From: Spirochaetota bacterium
GTDB lineage: Bacteria; Spirochaetota; UBA12135; COTS27; CBDBHE01
Reading direction: 5' to 3'
Length of the DNA: 64,000 nt
Assembly: GCA_965205605.1 (NCBI GenBank)
Contig: CBDBHE010000007.1
Coordinates: 352,001-416,000, forward strand
Each line of letters begins with the position of its first letter. Within the stretch, counting starts at the first letter, position 1. Below are positions 45,848 to 56,176 of this stretch, piece after piece. Below the pieces are notes generated by a model. The model searched no databases. It was not told the origin of the DNA and was given only the letters and a program-made list of their open reading frames with translations. Both the position numbers and the translations under genes were made by a program.

Positions 45848-47815
45848 TTAAATCAATTCTACTGGGTCCATATCATATTCAATATAAATCGAAGGCGATC
45901 GCTTCAAACGATGTTTAAACTGATCTAATCCTTGAAAAAAACGATTCAAATCTTTAATTCTCATTAAATAATTCCACCGATAATGATGTTTAATTTTGCT
46001 CAAAAGACAAGGTGCTGGCCCTAAAATTTGAGCCGAATCACTTAAACTATCAGCTAAATTTTTTTTTATTCCCAAGCTAAACTCAATGAGTTTTTTTTCT
46101 TCTTTTGACCTAAGAACCATTCGAAACAATTTAGAAAAAGGAGGGTATGCAAATTCTCTCCTTACTTTAATTTCTTTTTCATAAAAAGCAAGATAATCCT
46201 GCTCACACCCATATTTAATCGCATAATGATCCGCTAAATCAGTTAAAACAACGACATTTCCTTTTAAAGATCGTCTTCCTGCTCGACCAGAAACTTGAGT
46301 AATTTGACTAAAAACTCGTTCGCTAGAACGAAAATCAGGAAAAGCTAAATATCGTTCTGGGTAAATCACAATCACAAGCTGGACATCTGGAAAATCATGT
46401 CCTTTAATAATCATTTGCGTACCAACGATAATATTGTACTTGTGATGAATAAAATCTTTTAAATGTTCTTTGATTTTTTTAGGGGTTGAAAGCTGATCCG
46501 AATCAAAGCGTAAGACTTTAGCTTTATCAATTTTTTCTACAATTTCTTCCACTAATCGTTCCGTACCAATGCCTATGGTAGAAAGAGAACCTTGCTTACA
46601 GCGCTCACAAGTTTTTATATTAATATTTTTTTTTTCAAACCCACATTGATGACAGAGCAGTTTTCCTCTTGCTTTATGATAGGTAAGACTCACATCACAA
46701 CGATAACAACGCCAAAAAAACCCACACTGCTTACAAAAAAGACTCGGTGCATAACCTCGATAATTAATATATAAAATAGATTGGTGTCCTTTTTCTAAAT
46801 TGCTATATAACATTTTTAAAATATCTCGATTGATAACGGTTTGGCTTCCTTTCTTAGAGCTCACCACTTGACTCTGAGGTAAGGGAACTCCTTGATAGCG
46901 AGTATCAAGAGAATAATAATTAATTTTTTTTTGTCTAGTTTGATAAAAAATTTCAACAGATGGGGTTGCCGAACCTAACACTAGAGGGACTTGATACTGG
47001 CGACATTTATACTGAGCGACTTGTCTTGCATGATAGCGAGGAACTTGATTATTTTTGTACGTCGGCTCATGCTCTTCATCAACAATAATGAGCCCCAAGT
47101 TAACCGTCGGAGCAAAAACCGCCGAACGAGGCCCAATAATAATATTAATTTTTTCTTCTAAAACTTCTTGGTAGAGTTGTCTCTTTTTTTCAGAACTAAT
47201 TTGAGCATGAATGACAGCAATCCTTTCTTGATAAAAAAAAGAAGTTAAAACGTCTTCGACTTGAGAAGTGAGACCTATTTCAGGAATCAGTAAAATCACT
47301 TGTTTGTTACGAGCAATGGTTTTTTGAATTAAATCAATATAAATATGTGTTTTCCCACTGCCGGTGATACCGTGAATAAGAGAAATATTAAAGGTAATCG
47401 CATTTTTTAAAATTTGAATAGCTATTTGGTTTTGTTTTTCTGTAAGAGATAAAATCATTTTTTTCTCTTGTTGATTAAGAATTTTTCTTTTTCTTTTAAC
47501 AACCTTAGAAGAAGAAAACGAAAAAAAAAGTGAAAGAGCTTCTCCTAAAGAAGCACTATAATACCGAGAAATCCACTGAGCAAGCTCAAAATCTTTTTTA
47601 GAAATAAGTGGTTTTTCATCAATAAGACTTAAAACAGATTTTAATTTATTAGTTTGTTTAAACTGAGAAGTTTTTGATTCTGAGATGATAAAACCGATTT
47701 TTTTTTTAGTACCAAAAGAAACAAGCACTCTTTTAAAAAGAGACCCAGTAAAAGAAGATTGATAAGAAAAAGACTGCTTAAGAGGTGTTTTAAAAACAAC
47801 CTCAACATAAATCAT
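45848..47815 (-). CDS. priA: Primosomal protein N' (PriA)
   Basis: GITGSGKT, PEIGLT, DEEH, GSATPS, four CxxC motifs, GTQMI.KGHDF, QVSGRAGR. Confidence 0.96.
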   Translation of the reverse strand: MIYVEVVFKTPLKQSFSYQSSFTGSLFKRVLVSFGTKKKIGFIISESKTSQFKQTNKLKSVLSLIDEKPLISKKDFELAQWISRYYSASLGEALSLFFSFSSSKVVKRKRKILNQQEKKMILSLTEKQNQIAIQILKNAITFNISLIHGITGSGKTHIYIDLIQKTIARNKQVILLIPEIGLTSQVEDVLTSFFYQERIAVIHAQISSEKKRQLYQEVLEEKINIIIGPRSAVFAPTVNLGLIIVDEEHEPTYKNNQVPRYHARQVAQYKCRQYQVPLVLGSATPSVEIFYQTRQKKINYYSLDTRYQGVPLPQSQVVSSKKGSQTVINRDILKMLYSNLEKGHQSILYINYRGYAPSLFCKQCGFFWRCYRCDVSLTYHKARGKLLCHQCGFEKKNINIKTCERCKQGSLSTIGIGTERLVEEIVEKIDKAKVLRFDSDQLSTPKKIKEHLKDFIHHKYNIIVGTQMIIKGHDFPDVQLVIVIYPERYLAFPDFRSSERVFSQITQVSGRAGRRSLKGNVVVLTDLADHYAIKYGCEQDYLAFYEKEIKVRREFAYPPFSKLFRMVLRSKEEKKLIEFSLGIKKNLADSLSDSAQILGPAPCLLSKIKHHYRWNYLMRIKDLNRFFQGLDQFKHRLKRSPSIYIEYDMDPVELI

Positions 47816-48162
47816 TTTTGACTATTTTTACATTCTTTAGGGTTAGCACACTGAGTGGTCCAGGGGATAGCTTGTAGCCGCTTGCTATTAATTGCTTTGC
47901 CGCAATGAACACAAATCCCATATTTTTTATTATCGATACGAATTAAAGCCCCATCAATAGCCCTAAGTAATTTTTTTTCATTTTCAGACATTTCAATGGC
48001 TAAATCTTTTTCATACATATTAAAAGCGGCATCGACCATATCACCGACTTCATTTTTACTTAAATCACCAAATTTTTCTTTATCCCCGTAAAGTTGTGTT
48101 AAGACTTTTTTTCTTTCTTTTATCAGTAAGTTTTTATATGACTCAATTTTTTCTTGTTTCAT
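47812..48162 (-). CDS. DksA/TraR C4 zinc-finger protein
   Basis: GDMVDAA (DxxDxA), AL.RI...YGICVHC, RLQAIPW..QC. Confidence 0.88.
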   Translation of the reverse strand: MKQEKIESYKNLLIKERKKVLTQLYGDKEKFGDLSKNEVGDMVDAAFNMYEKDLAIEMSENEKKLLRAIDGALIRIDNKKYGICVHCGKAINSKRLQAIPWTTQCANPKECKNSQK

Positions 48163-48183
48163 AAAATATCCTTAGAATCTTTT

Positions 48184-48624
48184 TTAATTTTTAGAATTTT
48201 TTTTCAAATCAACCACTTCTTTTTTTTTATTCAAATTTTCTTGATTTTCTTTAGGGGACACATCAAGTTTTTCTGAAACAAGCTCTATATAACATTGCGT
48301 TGCTCCATCTCCTTTTCGCCTAATGGCTTTATAAATTCTTGTATAACCACCTTTTTGGTTTTTGTAGCGTTTACCGATATCTTCAAATAATTTTTTAAGG
48401 ATTCTTGTATTTTTAATATTTTTATAAACTTCTCTTCGATGATGCACCGTATCGCTTTTAGAACGTGTGATTATTTTTTCAACAAAGCTTTTTAAAACTT
48501 TAGCTTTAGGAAGGGTTGTTTTAATCTTCTCGGACTTTAAAAGAGAAGTAGAAAGATTACGAAGCATCGCTTTTCTATGCTTTCGATCTTTACCTAATTT
48601 TTTAATTTTACTACGATGATTCAA
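48184..48624 (-). CDS. rplQ: 50S ribosomal protein L17
   Basis: HRKAMLRNL, IKTTLPKAK, GGYTRI. Confidence 0.97.
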   Translation of the reverse strand: MNHRSKIKKLGKDRKHRKAMLRNLSTSLLKSEKIKTTLPKAKVLKSFVEKIITRSKSDTVHHRREVYKNIKNTRILKKLFEDIGKRYKNQKGGYTRIYKAIRRKGDGATQCYIELVSEKLDVSPKENQENLNKKKEVVDLKKNSKN

Positions 48625-48638
48625 AAATAAGTCCTTTA

Positions 48639-49652
48639 CTAAAAAATTCCTTTTTCAATATAATCGATATTTTTCATATCTAAACTTAAATCTTTTTCAC
48701 TTATTTTTTCCTTAATATCTTCAATGATTGCCTCATTACAATATTTTTTAGATAATAAATCTTTTTCATTTTTTATAACAATTTGTCCAATTTCTTTCAT
48801 TTCATTCATCTTAAGAAAAAAATGAGTCCTAACAGAAAAAGGAATCGTATAAATGGTCTCATTAAAAATAGAGCTTTTTTCTAAACTAGATTCTTCTAAA
48901 TTATTACCTACAGGAGAGGTAATAGGTTCTGTTGTAATTTCTCCAAAGGTCTTGTAAGATTCTTTTAAAATTTGAGCCGCTTCTTGAAGAGCGGCTTCAG
49001 GCGAAATGGTGCCTTTTGTTTTAATATCAAATTCAAGTTCTTCATAATACTTATTATTACCAAAATGAAAAGACTTTACTTTAAAGCTTACATTTAAAAT
49101 AGGTGAATAATCTGCATCAATTGGAATGGTGCCTTCAATTTGAATCATTTCTCTAAAAGATTCACTTTCAACATAACCTCTCCCTTTTTCGACTTGTACT
49201 TCAAAATCAATTTCTTGTAATTTGTCATAAGAACAGATTTCGTGTTCTAAATTTCCAATGATAAGATTGTTATCCAAAGACAAAAAATCTTTACCTTTAA
49301 GCACACCACTTCCTTTTAGCTTCAGCTTAAAAACCCTAGAAGTCATCGTTGTGTCTTTAAAGCCAATAGCGAGTGCTTTTAAATTAGCTATAATTTCAAT
49401 GGTGTCTTCAAAGACCCCTTCAATATTTTGAAACTCATTGTTAACACCACTAACCCTAATTGCAACAACACTGTATCCTGGGATAACTGAAAGTAAAGTC
49501 CTCCTAAGAGAATTACCTATGGTGGTTCCAAATCCTTTTTCATAAGGTTTGGCAGAAAAAATTCCTCTGTTATTTTCTTCGGAAACTTTAATAAAATTAA
49601 CCTCCTTGGGCCTTTTAAGACTCGAAATTAATTTTGTTTCTACTATAGTCAT
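48639..49652 (-). CDS. rpoA: RNA polymerase alpha subunit
   Basis: PYEKGFGTTIGNSLRR.LLS, GRGY, IPIDA.YSPI; diverged CTD. Confidence 0.95.
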   Translation of the reverse strand: MTIVETKLISSLKRPKEVNFIKVSEENNRGIFSAKPYEKGFGTTIGNSLRRTLLSVIPGYSVVAIRVSGVNNEFQNIEGVFEDTIEIIANLKALAIGFKDTTMTSRVFKLKLKGSGVLKGKDFLSLDNNLIIGNLEHEICSYDKLQEIDFEVQVEKGRGYVESESFREMIQIEGTIPIDADYSPILNVSFKVKSFHFGNNKYYEELEFDIKTKGTISPEAALQEAAQILKESYKTFGEITTEPITSPVGNNLEESSLEKSSIFNETIYTIPFSVRTHFFLKMNEMKEIGQIVIKNEKDLLSKKYCNEAIIEDIKEKISEKDLSLDMKNIDYIEKGIF

Positions 49653-49658
49653 TTCGAT

Positions 49659-50039
49659 TTATACTCTCCTTACTTTTCTAGCTCGACAACCATTATGGGG
49701 AACCCCCGTAACATCTTTAATCAAACTAATTTTAATACCTGCTTTAGCAACCGCTCTTACCGCTGATTCACGTCCAAATCCAGGCCCTTTGACATAAACT
49801 TTTGCTTCTTGAAAGCCGTATTTTTGAGCGGACTCAATAGCAACTTTTGTTACTATTTGTGAAGCATAAGGAGTACTTTTTTTTGCTCCTCTAAAATTCA
49901 TCGCTCCCCCAGAAGACCAAGAAACAGCATTGCCATTAAGATCTGTAACGGTTACTATTGTATTATTAAACGTGTTTTTAATATGAACAATTCCTACAGG
50001 AATATGTTTTTTTACTTTTTTATGTTTTTTTGAAGCCAT
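49659..50039 (-). CDS. rpsK: 30S ribosomal protein S11
   Basis: [25 protein letters not shown]. Confidence 0.97.
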   Translation of the reverse strand: MASKKHKKVKKHIPVGIVHIKNTFNNTIVTVTDLNGNAVSWSSGGAMNFRGAKKSTPYASQIVTKVAIESAQKYGFQEAKVYVKGPGFGRESAVRAVAKAGIKISLIKDVTGVPHNGCRARKVRRV

Positions 50040-50054
50040 TATTTTTTTTAACCT

Positions 50055-50432
50055 TTATTTTTTAATCATTTTTTTATTAGCGATTGTCTTTCCTTTTCCT
50101 TTTCGAGTACGTCCATTAGTTTGAGTTCTTTGCCCTCTAACAGGAAGCCCACTTCGATGCCTCATCCCCCGGTAACAATTAATACTAATGAGCCTTTTAA
50201 TAAAAGAATGTACTTTTGCCTTTAAATCTCCCTCTATTACATAGCTTTTTTCAATTACTTTTCTGATTTGATTTACTTGTTCTGGACTTAAAGTACTTGC
50301 TTTTTTGTTTTGGTCAATCTTTGCTGCTTTTAAAATTTTAGAAGCCGAAGCAAGACCAATCCCATAAATATAAGTCAATGCAATAATAATGCGTTTATTA
50401 GGAAGATTAATTCCTGAAATTCTTGTAGCCAT
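50055..50432 (-). CDS. rpsM: 30S ribosomal protein S13
   Basis: [24 protein letters not shown]. Confidence 0.97.
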   Translation of the reverse strand: MATRISGINLPNKRIIIALTYIYGIGLASASKILKAAKIDQNKKASTLSPEQVNQIRKVIEKSYVIEGDLKAKVHSFIKRLISINCYRGMRHRSGLPVRGQRTQTNGRTRKGKGKTIANKKMIKK

Positions 50433-50445
50433 CGTGTCCTCTCCT

Positions 50446-50559
50446 TTATCCTTGCCGCTGTTTATGACGAGCGTTTTTACAAATGACCCGCAAAACTCCT
50501 TTTCTTCGAATAATTCGACAATCTTTACAAATTTTCTTAATAGAGCTTCTTACTTTCAT
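50446..50559 (-). CDS. rpmJ: 50S ribosomal protein L36 (not in ORF track)
   Basis: Manual translation [37 protein letters not shown]. Confidence 0.97.
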   Translation of the reverse strand: MKVRSSIKKICKDCRIIRRKGVLRVICKNARHKQRQG

Positions 50560-50574
50560 TGCTGGGTCCTTTTT

Positions 50575-50796
50575 TTACTTTTGCCTGTAAACAATCCTAC
50601 CTTTTGTTAAATCATAGGGAGAAAGTTGTACTTTGACAATATCTCCAGGTAATATTTTAATATAATACATCCTCATTTTACCAGAAATATGACATAAAAT
50701 CACATGTTTATTTTCTAATTTTACTTTAAACATCGCATTTGGAAGTGGCTCTACAACCGTACCACTTACTTCAATCAATTCTTCCTTTTTACTCAT
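50575..50796 (-). CDS. infA: Translation initiation factor IF-1
   Basis: [28 protein letters not shown]. Confidence 0.98.
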   Translation of the reverse strand: MSKKEELIEVSGTVVEPLPNAMFKVKLENKHVILCHISGKMRMYYIKILPGDIVKVQLSPYDLTKGRIVYRQK

Positions 50797-50819
50797 GCAC
50801 TTTAAAAAATAATAAACTA

Positions 50820-52169
50820 CTAACGTTGCCGTTTTCTTGTTCTTTTTTTCTTACTCATAAATCCATCATATTCTTTCATTACCAACTGAGATTCGATTTG
50901 TTGCATTGTGTCTAAGTCAACTGAAACTAAAATAAGCAATGAAGTCCCCCCCATTAAATACACGAAACTTCTTGGCATTCCTTCAAATAAATTAACTCGA
51001 AGAAGCAAATCAGGAAAAATTGCTATCAAAGCCAAAAAAATAGACCCCGCAAGGGTAATGCGCATTAAAACTTTTTGTAAGTATTCTTGAGTATGAGTTC
51101 CTGGCCTAATACCAGGGACATATCCTCCTCTTTTTTTAAGATTTTCTGCAATTTCAACAGGGTTAAATTGAATCGTTGTGTACATATAAGCAAAGGCAAT
51201 CACTAAAAATCCATAAACAAACATATACAAAACATGACCTGGTGAAAAATAAGACGCTAAATTGGCAACCGTAGGATATTTATCACCTAACATTTGAGCT
51301 ACCTGGACAGGCAAAAGCACCACCGCAGAAGCAAAAATAATAGGAATGACCCCCGTTGGGTTAATTTTAAAAGGAATATAGGTGCTTTGGGCTCCATAAA
51401 TTTTTCTTCCAACAACTTTTTTAGCAAATTGCACCGGAATCCGCCTTTGACCTTGTTGTTCATACACAACAAAAAAAATAATCACCGCAAACACAATTAA
51501 AATCGCCATAAATCCTACGGGGTTAAAAACCCCTTCCCTAACACTACTAATAGTTTTAACAAATTCAACGGGAATACGAGCTGCAATTCCTGCAAAAATA
51601 ATAAGAGAAATCCCATTACCAATCCCTCTTTCGGTGACTTGCTCCCCAAGCCAAACTAAAAACATCGTCCCTGTTGTAATTGAGGTAACCGCAATAATAG
51701 AAAAAAGTATTCGATTATTTTCCAAATCAGGGGAAAGGACCCCTTCGTGAGAAGCAATCCAATTGCTAATAAAAGCCGATTGAAGCATACAAATTAAAAT
51801 CGTTGCGTATCGCACATATTTTTGAATTTGCTTCCTACCCGCTTCTCCTTCTTTTGAAAGTTTTTCTAAATGAGGCACAACCGCTGTCATCAACTGCATA
51901 AAAATCGAAGCACTAATATATGGCATTAATCCCAAAGCAAAAATCGTAAATTTCTCAAAAGCACCCCCTACAAAAAGATCAAAATACCCAATTAATCCCC
52001 CAAAGTTAGACTTACTAAGACGATCGGTCAACTCAGCGAGCCCTGTTGGATTAATACCAGGTGTTGTGATGTGAGCGCCTATTCGAAAAATAACCATCGC
52101 CATAATCGTAAATAAAACCTTTTTCCTTAAATCAGGGACCTTCAAAATATTAGTCAACATATTTGCCAT
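50820..52169 (-). CDS. secY: Preprotein translocase SecY
   Basis: [41 protein letters not shown]. Confidence 0.98.
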   Translation of the reverse strand: MANMLTNILKVPDLRKKVLFTIMAMVIFRIGAHITTPGINPTGLAELTDRLSKSNFGGLIGYFDLFVGGAFEKFTIFALGLMPYISASIFMQLMTAVVPHLEKLSKEGEAGRKQIQKYVRYATILICMLQSAFISNWIASHEGVLSPDLENNRILFSIIAVTSITTGTMFLVWLGEQVTERGIGNGISLIIFAGIAARIPVEFVKTISSVREGVFNPVGFMAILIVFAVIIFFVVYEQQGQRRIPVQFAKKVVGRKIYGAQSTYIPFKINPTGVIPIIFASAVVLLPVQVAQMLGDKYPTVANLASYFSPGHVLYMFVYGFLVIAFAYMYTTIQFNPVEIAENLKKRGGYVPGIRPGTHTQEYLQKVLMRITLAGSIFLALIAIFPDLLLRVNLFEGMPRSFVYLMGGTSLLILVSVDLDTMQQIESQLVMKEYDGFMSKKKRTRKRQR

Positions 52170-52183
52170 CGTGATTCTTTCTC

Positions 52184-52624
52184 TTATTCCTCTAGTTTTT
52201 TTCTAAGCGTACGGGTCGCAAAAACAGGGGCTTTAATTTTAAGTTTTAATTTTCCATCTTCTTTAGGATTTTTTGACCCTAAAATTTTAACTTTTTTAAC
52301 CGTTTTACGATCGACAATTCCTTTTTTTCGAAGCGATTCCATTGAAACTTCTTCACCTTCTTTATAAGCATAAACGAGAGTCTTAATGGAAACTTCAAAA
52401 AAAGACTCTTCATGCCTTTCATTAGAAAATCCCACTTTAGGCAGTCTTCTCACTAAAGGCATTTGTCCACCCTCAAATCCTCTTACTGTTTTTCCTCTCC
52501 CCGATCGTACTTTTTGTCCTTTATGACCTTTTGTTGAGGTTCTTCCTTTCCCTGAGCCAGTCCCACGCCCTATAATTTTTTTTTTCTTACTCGAATTTTT
52601 AGGAGAAATAATTTCTTTTTTCAT
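52184..52624 (-). CDS. rplO: 50S ribosomal protein L15
   Basis: [29 protein letters not shown]. Confidence 0.96.
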   Translation of the reverse strand: MKKEIISPKNSSKKKKIIGRGTGSGKGRTSTKGHKGQKVRSGRGKTVRGFEGGQMPLVRRLPKVGFSNERHEESFFEVSIKTLVYAYKEGEEVSMESLRKKGIVDRKTVKKVKILGSKNPKEDGKLKLKIKAPVFATRTLRKKLEE

Positions 52625-52633
52625 GGTTTACTC

Positions 52634-52810
52634 TTAGCTCTTTTTACCCACCCAAACTAAATGTCTTACTCTTTCCACCATTCCCACCAAGGCCTTGTTA
52701 TTAATATCTACAGTGATTTCTTTATTCATTTTTGTGAGCTTTAAAGCCTTAAGGGTCCCTTTGACTCTTTTAGATTTTCCAATACCACTTTTAATTAATT
52801 TAACTTTCAT
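52634..52810 (-). CDS. rpmD: 50S ribosomal protein L30
   Basis: MKVKLIKS.IG...TLKAL.L...GMV..V.HLV; start trimmed. Confidence 0.9.
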   Translation of the reverse strand: MKVKLIKSGIGKSKRVKGTLKALKLTKMNKEITVDINNKALVGMVERVRHLVWVGKKS

Positions 52811-52829
52811 GATGAACCAAGATTTATCT

Positions 52830-53348
52830 TTAATTGAAAAATTCAGATGCTTTAGCGATCTCTCTACTTTCACTCATATACTTAGCACTTGAAAGCTGTA
52901 CTAAACAATTAAAAGCTGCTTTTGCAGTGTTAATCGAATTTCTTGATTTATACGTTTTGGTTAAAATATTTCGAACCCCCGCAAACTCTAAAACAGGACG
53001 AAGATTGACCCCTGCAAGAATGCCCGTTCCTTCAGAAGCAGGCATCATCCATACTTTAGAAGCACAAAACTTTCCAACAACTTCATGAGGGATCGTGTGT
53101 TTATATAAATTAATCACCACTAATGTTTTTTTAGCTCTTTCAGTTGCTTTTCGAATGGCTTCTGGGATTTCTCTCGCTTTTCCAAACCCAAGTCCCACAA
53201 CCCCTTTTTTATTACCGACAACCACTAAAACAGAAAAACTAAAACTACGTCCCCCTTTAACAACTTTAGTGACTCTTTTAAGGGTAATTAAATGTTCTTC
53301 AAGCCCTTCAATATTCATCGAATCTACATATTTTATTTTATTTAACAT
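52830..53348 (-). CDS. rpsE: 30S ribosomal protein S5
   Basis: RVTKVVKGGR, VVGN, G.GKARE, PA.EGTG. Confidence 0.97.
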   Translation of the reverse strand: MLNKIKYVDSMNIEGLEEHLITLKRVTKVVKGGRSFSFSVLVVVGNKKGVVGLGFGKAREIPEAIRKATERAKKTLVVINLYKHTIPHEVVGKFCASKVWMMPASEGTGILAGVNLRPVLEFAGVRNILTKTYKSRNSINTAKAAFNCLVQLSSAKYMSESREIAKASEFFN

Positions 53349-53365
53349 CTTTCTCTCTCTCTCTT

Positions 53366-53692
53366 CTAAAAAACAAGCCCATGCTCTCTTGCTGATTCAC
53401 CTAGAGCCTTCACAACCCCATGATAACGATAGGCATTGCGATCAAAGACAATTTGTTTGATCGATTTTTTTTTTGCCTCTTCAGCAACTAACTTCCCTAG
53501 TTTTTTAGCGGAGGCAATATTTTTCCCTTCCCTCATTAAAACACTACAAAGCGTCTTCTCTTCTTTGTCATCAATCAATTGCACATTTAGTGACGTTAAA
53601 CTTTTGTACAAGCTTAAGCGGGGTCTTTTTTGAGTCCCCATAATTTTTTTTCGAATCCTAAATTTTGTTTTGACCCGTCTCTCTTTTTTCAT
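53366..53692 (-). CDS. rplR: 50S ribosomal protein L18
   Basis: RPRL...S, QLIDD, FDR..YHG, ARE.GL.F. Confidence 0.96.
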   Translation of the reverse strand: MKKERRVKTKFRIRKKIMGTQKRPRLSLYKSLTSLNVQLIDDKEEKTLCSVLMREGKNIASAKKLGKLVAEEAKKKSIKQIVFDRNAYRYHGVVKALGESAREHGLVF

Positions 53693-53695
53693 TGT

Positions 53696-54229
53696 TTAAG
53701 CACTCGATTTCCCTTGTTTCTTTATAAACGTCTCACCCACATATCGTACTCCTTTGCCTTTATACGGCTCTAAAGACCTAAACGATCGTATTTTAGCAGA
53801 CACTTCCCCTACTAATTGTTTATCAAAACCCATAATAGAAAGTTTGTTTTCATCTACTTTAGCTTCAATGTCTTCTGGCAGATCGTATTCGACAGGATGG
53901 GAAAATCCCAAATTCATCGTTAATTTCTTAGCCCTACAGCTCCACCTGTACCCAACTCCATGAAGCTCCAATTGTTTAGTAAATCCTTTTGTCACCCCTA
54001 TCATAAAATTCTCAATCATTCGATAAGTAAGTCCCACAAAACTAGCTTTAACATCTTCTTGGTTGCTTCTAAAGACTTTCACTCCCTTCTCTTCTTGACT
54101 CACTTTAATCCCTTTTGGAAGATTAAAATCAAGCTTTCCCTTAGCCCCTTCTAAACAAACTTTGTCTTCAAAAATCGAAACAGATGCTCCTGATGCAATA
54201 GGCAATAAATGATTTTCAAATCGACTCAT
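53696..54229 (-). CDS. rplF: 50S ribosomal protein L6
   Basis: GVGYR, LGFSHP, DKQLVG, EPYKGKGVRY; start trimmed to MSRF. Confidence 0.96.
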   Translation of the reverse strand: MSRFENHLLPIASGASVSIFEDKVCLEGAKGKLDFNLPKGIKVSQEEKGVKVFRSNQEDVKASFVGLTYRMIENFMIGVTKGFTKQLELHGVGYRWSCRAKKLTMNLGFSHPVEYDLPEDIEAKVDENKLSIMGFDKQLVGEVSAKIRSFRSLEPYKGKGVRYVGETFIKKQGKSSA

Positions 54230-54239
54230 CACATGCCTT

Positions 54240-54632
54240 TTAAAAAATATAACAAATGGGCTCTCCCCCCACATTTTTTTTCTTCGCTTCCTTTCCTGTC
54301 ATCACCCCTAATGAAGTACTCATAATCACCGTTGCAAATCCATTCTTAATTCGAGGTATTTTTTTTGCTTTACAATAAATTCGCAGACTACTTTTACTAA
54401 AAAGTTTAATTTCTCTAAAAACCGCTCTTCCATTTTTATCATGCTTGATTTTCACTTTAGTAAAATGTTTCTTATCTTTATTAATCACTTCATAAGAATC
54501 TAAATAACGCTTCTCTTTTAAAATAGCAATAATATAATTCACCAACTTATTAGCTGGAAACTGCACTTTAAAACGACCCGCCATCGCTCCATTTCGAATC
54601 GATGTCATCGCCCGACTTACTAAATCTTGCAT
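54240..54632 (-). CDS. rpsH: 30S ribosomal protein S8
   Basis: IRNG, LRIY, STSLGVMT..EA...VGGE. Confidence 0.93.
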   Translation of the reverse strand: MQDLVSRAMTSIRNGAMAGRFKVQFPANKLVNYIIAILKEKRYLDSYEVINKDKKHFTKVKIKHDKNGRAVFREIKLFSKSSLRIYCKAKKIPRIKNGFATVIMSTSLGVMTGKEAKKKNVGGEPICYIF

Positions 54633-54651
54633 ACTTATACCAAACCTACCT

Positions 54652-54837
54652 TTACCAGCTTGATTTCACAATGCCTGGAACACTGCCTTCATTGGCATAC
54701 TTGCGAAAACAAATCCGACACATTTTAAATTTCCTAAGATACCCACGTGGTCTGCCACAAATTTCACATCGATTATATTCTCGCACTTTAAACTTGCTCT
54801 TTTTTTTACACTTAGCAATCATTGAAACTTTAGCCAT
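54652..54837 (-). CDS. rpsN: 30S ribosomal protein S14 (zinc type)
   Basis: [23 protein letters not shown]. Confidence 0.97.
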   Translation of the reverse strand: MAKVSMIAKCKKKSKFKVREYNRCEICGRPRGYLRKFKMCRICFRKYANEGSVPGIVKSSW

Positions 54838-54839
54838 GT

Positions 54840-54904
54840 CTTAATCTCTTTTTTTCTTTAATCCCTTAATCTCTCTTAATCTCTCTTAATCTCTCTTAAT
54901 CTCT
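54840..54904 (-). repeat. 10-bp tandem repeat AGAGATTAAG
   Basis: CTTAATCTCT x4 at 54865-54904, another perfect copy at 54840-54849 and a degenerate copy between. Confidence 0.9.
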
Positions 54905-55450
54905 AAAAGGAAGCCCCATTAATTTTAACATTTCAAACGCTTCTTCTTTCGAAGCTTTATTCGTCACAAAAACAGCACTCACTCCTGATGCCTCTTGAGA
55001 ATGCAAATGAGAAATTTCAATAAAACTACTTACCTCTTTAAGACCAATGGTGTAGTTACCAAAATGATCAAAAGATTTCTTACTAAGTCCTTGAAAATCT
55101 TTAACCCTAGGCAAGTTAAGATTAATAAAACGCACTAAAAAATCATACATCCTATTTTTTCGAAGTGTCACCATCGCTCCAATGGGCATTTTTTCTCGTA
55201 TCTTAAACCCTGCCACTGATTTCCTTGCTAAAGTCGCCACTGATTTTTGACCTGCTATAAGAGAAAGCAATTTAGTGTTTTCAGTAATCACTTTTTTATT
55301 GTTTTTTGCTTCACTTAAACCCATATTTAACACAATTTTATCTAGTTTTGGCACTTCCATGATCGATTTAAATTTAAATTTATTCTTAAGTGTCTCAACA
55401 ACTTCTTCTTCATAATACTGTTTAGAACCCTTTAAAATCATTTTTTCCAT
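54896..55450 (-). CDS. rplE: 50S ribosomal protein L5
   Basis: VPKLDKIVLNMG, KSVAGFKIRE, LPRVKDFQG, GNYTIG. Confidence 0.97.
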   Translation of the reverse strand: MEKMILKGSKQYYEEEVVETLKNKFKFKSIMEVPKLDKIVLNMGLSEAKNNKKVITENTKLLSLIAGQKSVATLARKSVAGFKIREKMPIGAMVTLRKNRMYDFLVRFINLNLPRVKDFQGLSKKSFDHFGNYTIGLKEVSSFIEISHLHSQEASGVSAVFVTNKASKEEAFEMLKLMGLPFRD

Positions 55451-55457
55451 TCAAAAA

Positions 55458-55787
55458 CTACACCACTTTTTTAGATTTATTTCTCATAAATCGTTCTTTT
55501 TTACCCTTGCCTATTTGACACCCCAAACGAACCCCTTTACCAGAATCATTATCTAAATACATGACTTTTGAAAGATGGATAAAAGCTTCTTTTTCTGTAA
55601 TGCCCCCCTTAGGGTTTTCTTGAGTTTTTTTGATGGTTTTTTTAACAACATTAATACCTTCAACCAAGACAAGATTATCAAATCGATTAATATTCAAAAT
55701 CTTCCCTTGTTTGTTTCTATATTTTCCCGATATTACCTTAACAAGATCGTCTTTTTTTAATTTTGTTTTAATTTTATTCTTTTTCAT
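55458..55787 (-). CDS. rplX: 50S ribosomal protein L24
   Basis: KKDDLVKVISGK, VEGIN, GGI..KEA.IH.S. Confidence 0.96.
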   Translation of the reverse strand: MKKNKIKTKLKKDDLVKVISGKYRNKQGKILNINRFDNLVLVEGINVVKKTIKKTQENPKGGITEKEAFIHLSKVMYLDNDSGKGVRLGCQIGKGKKERFMRNKSKKVV

Positions 55788-55807
55788 CTCAAGTATTTTT
55801 TTTAAAT

Positions 55808-56176
55808 CTACAATACTTCTGGAGCTAAAGAAATAATCTTCATATAGTTTTTTTCTCTAAGCTCTCTTGCAACAGGTCCAAAAACACGCGTCCCAATAGG
55901 GTTGTTGTCATTTCCTATTAAAATAGCTGCATTATCATCAAATTGAACCACCATTCCATTCTTTCTTTTAATCGGATGCTTGGTACGAACAATGACTGCC
56001 TTAACCACAGACCCTTTTTTTAAATTCGAATTAGGAATCGCCTTTTTGATCGAACAAACAATCACATCCCCCACTCTACCATATCTCTTCTTAGCTCCAC
56101 CCAAAACTTTAATACACATAATATTTTTAGCACCACTATTATCAGCTACTAACAAGCGAGATAAATTTTGAATCAC
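55808..56176 (-). CDS. rplN: 50S ribosomal protein L14
   Basis: [31 protein letters not shown]. Confidence 0.98.
   Translation of the reverse strand: MIQNLSRLLVADNSGAKNIMCIKVLGGAKKRYGRVGDVIVCSIKKAIPNSNLKKGSVVKAVIVRTKHPIKRKNGMVVQFDDNAAILIGNDNNPIGTRVFGPVARELREKNYMKIISLAPEVL

Noticed and set aside
54840-54904. Repeat as a CRISPR array
   Set aside because: 10-bp head-to-tail units with no spacers
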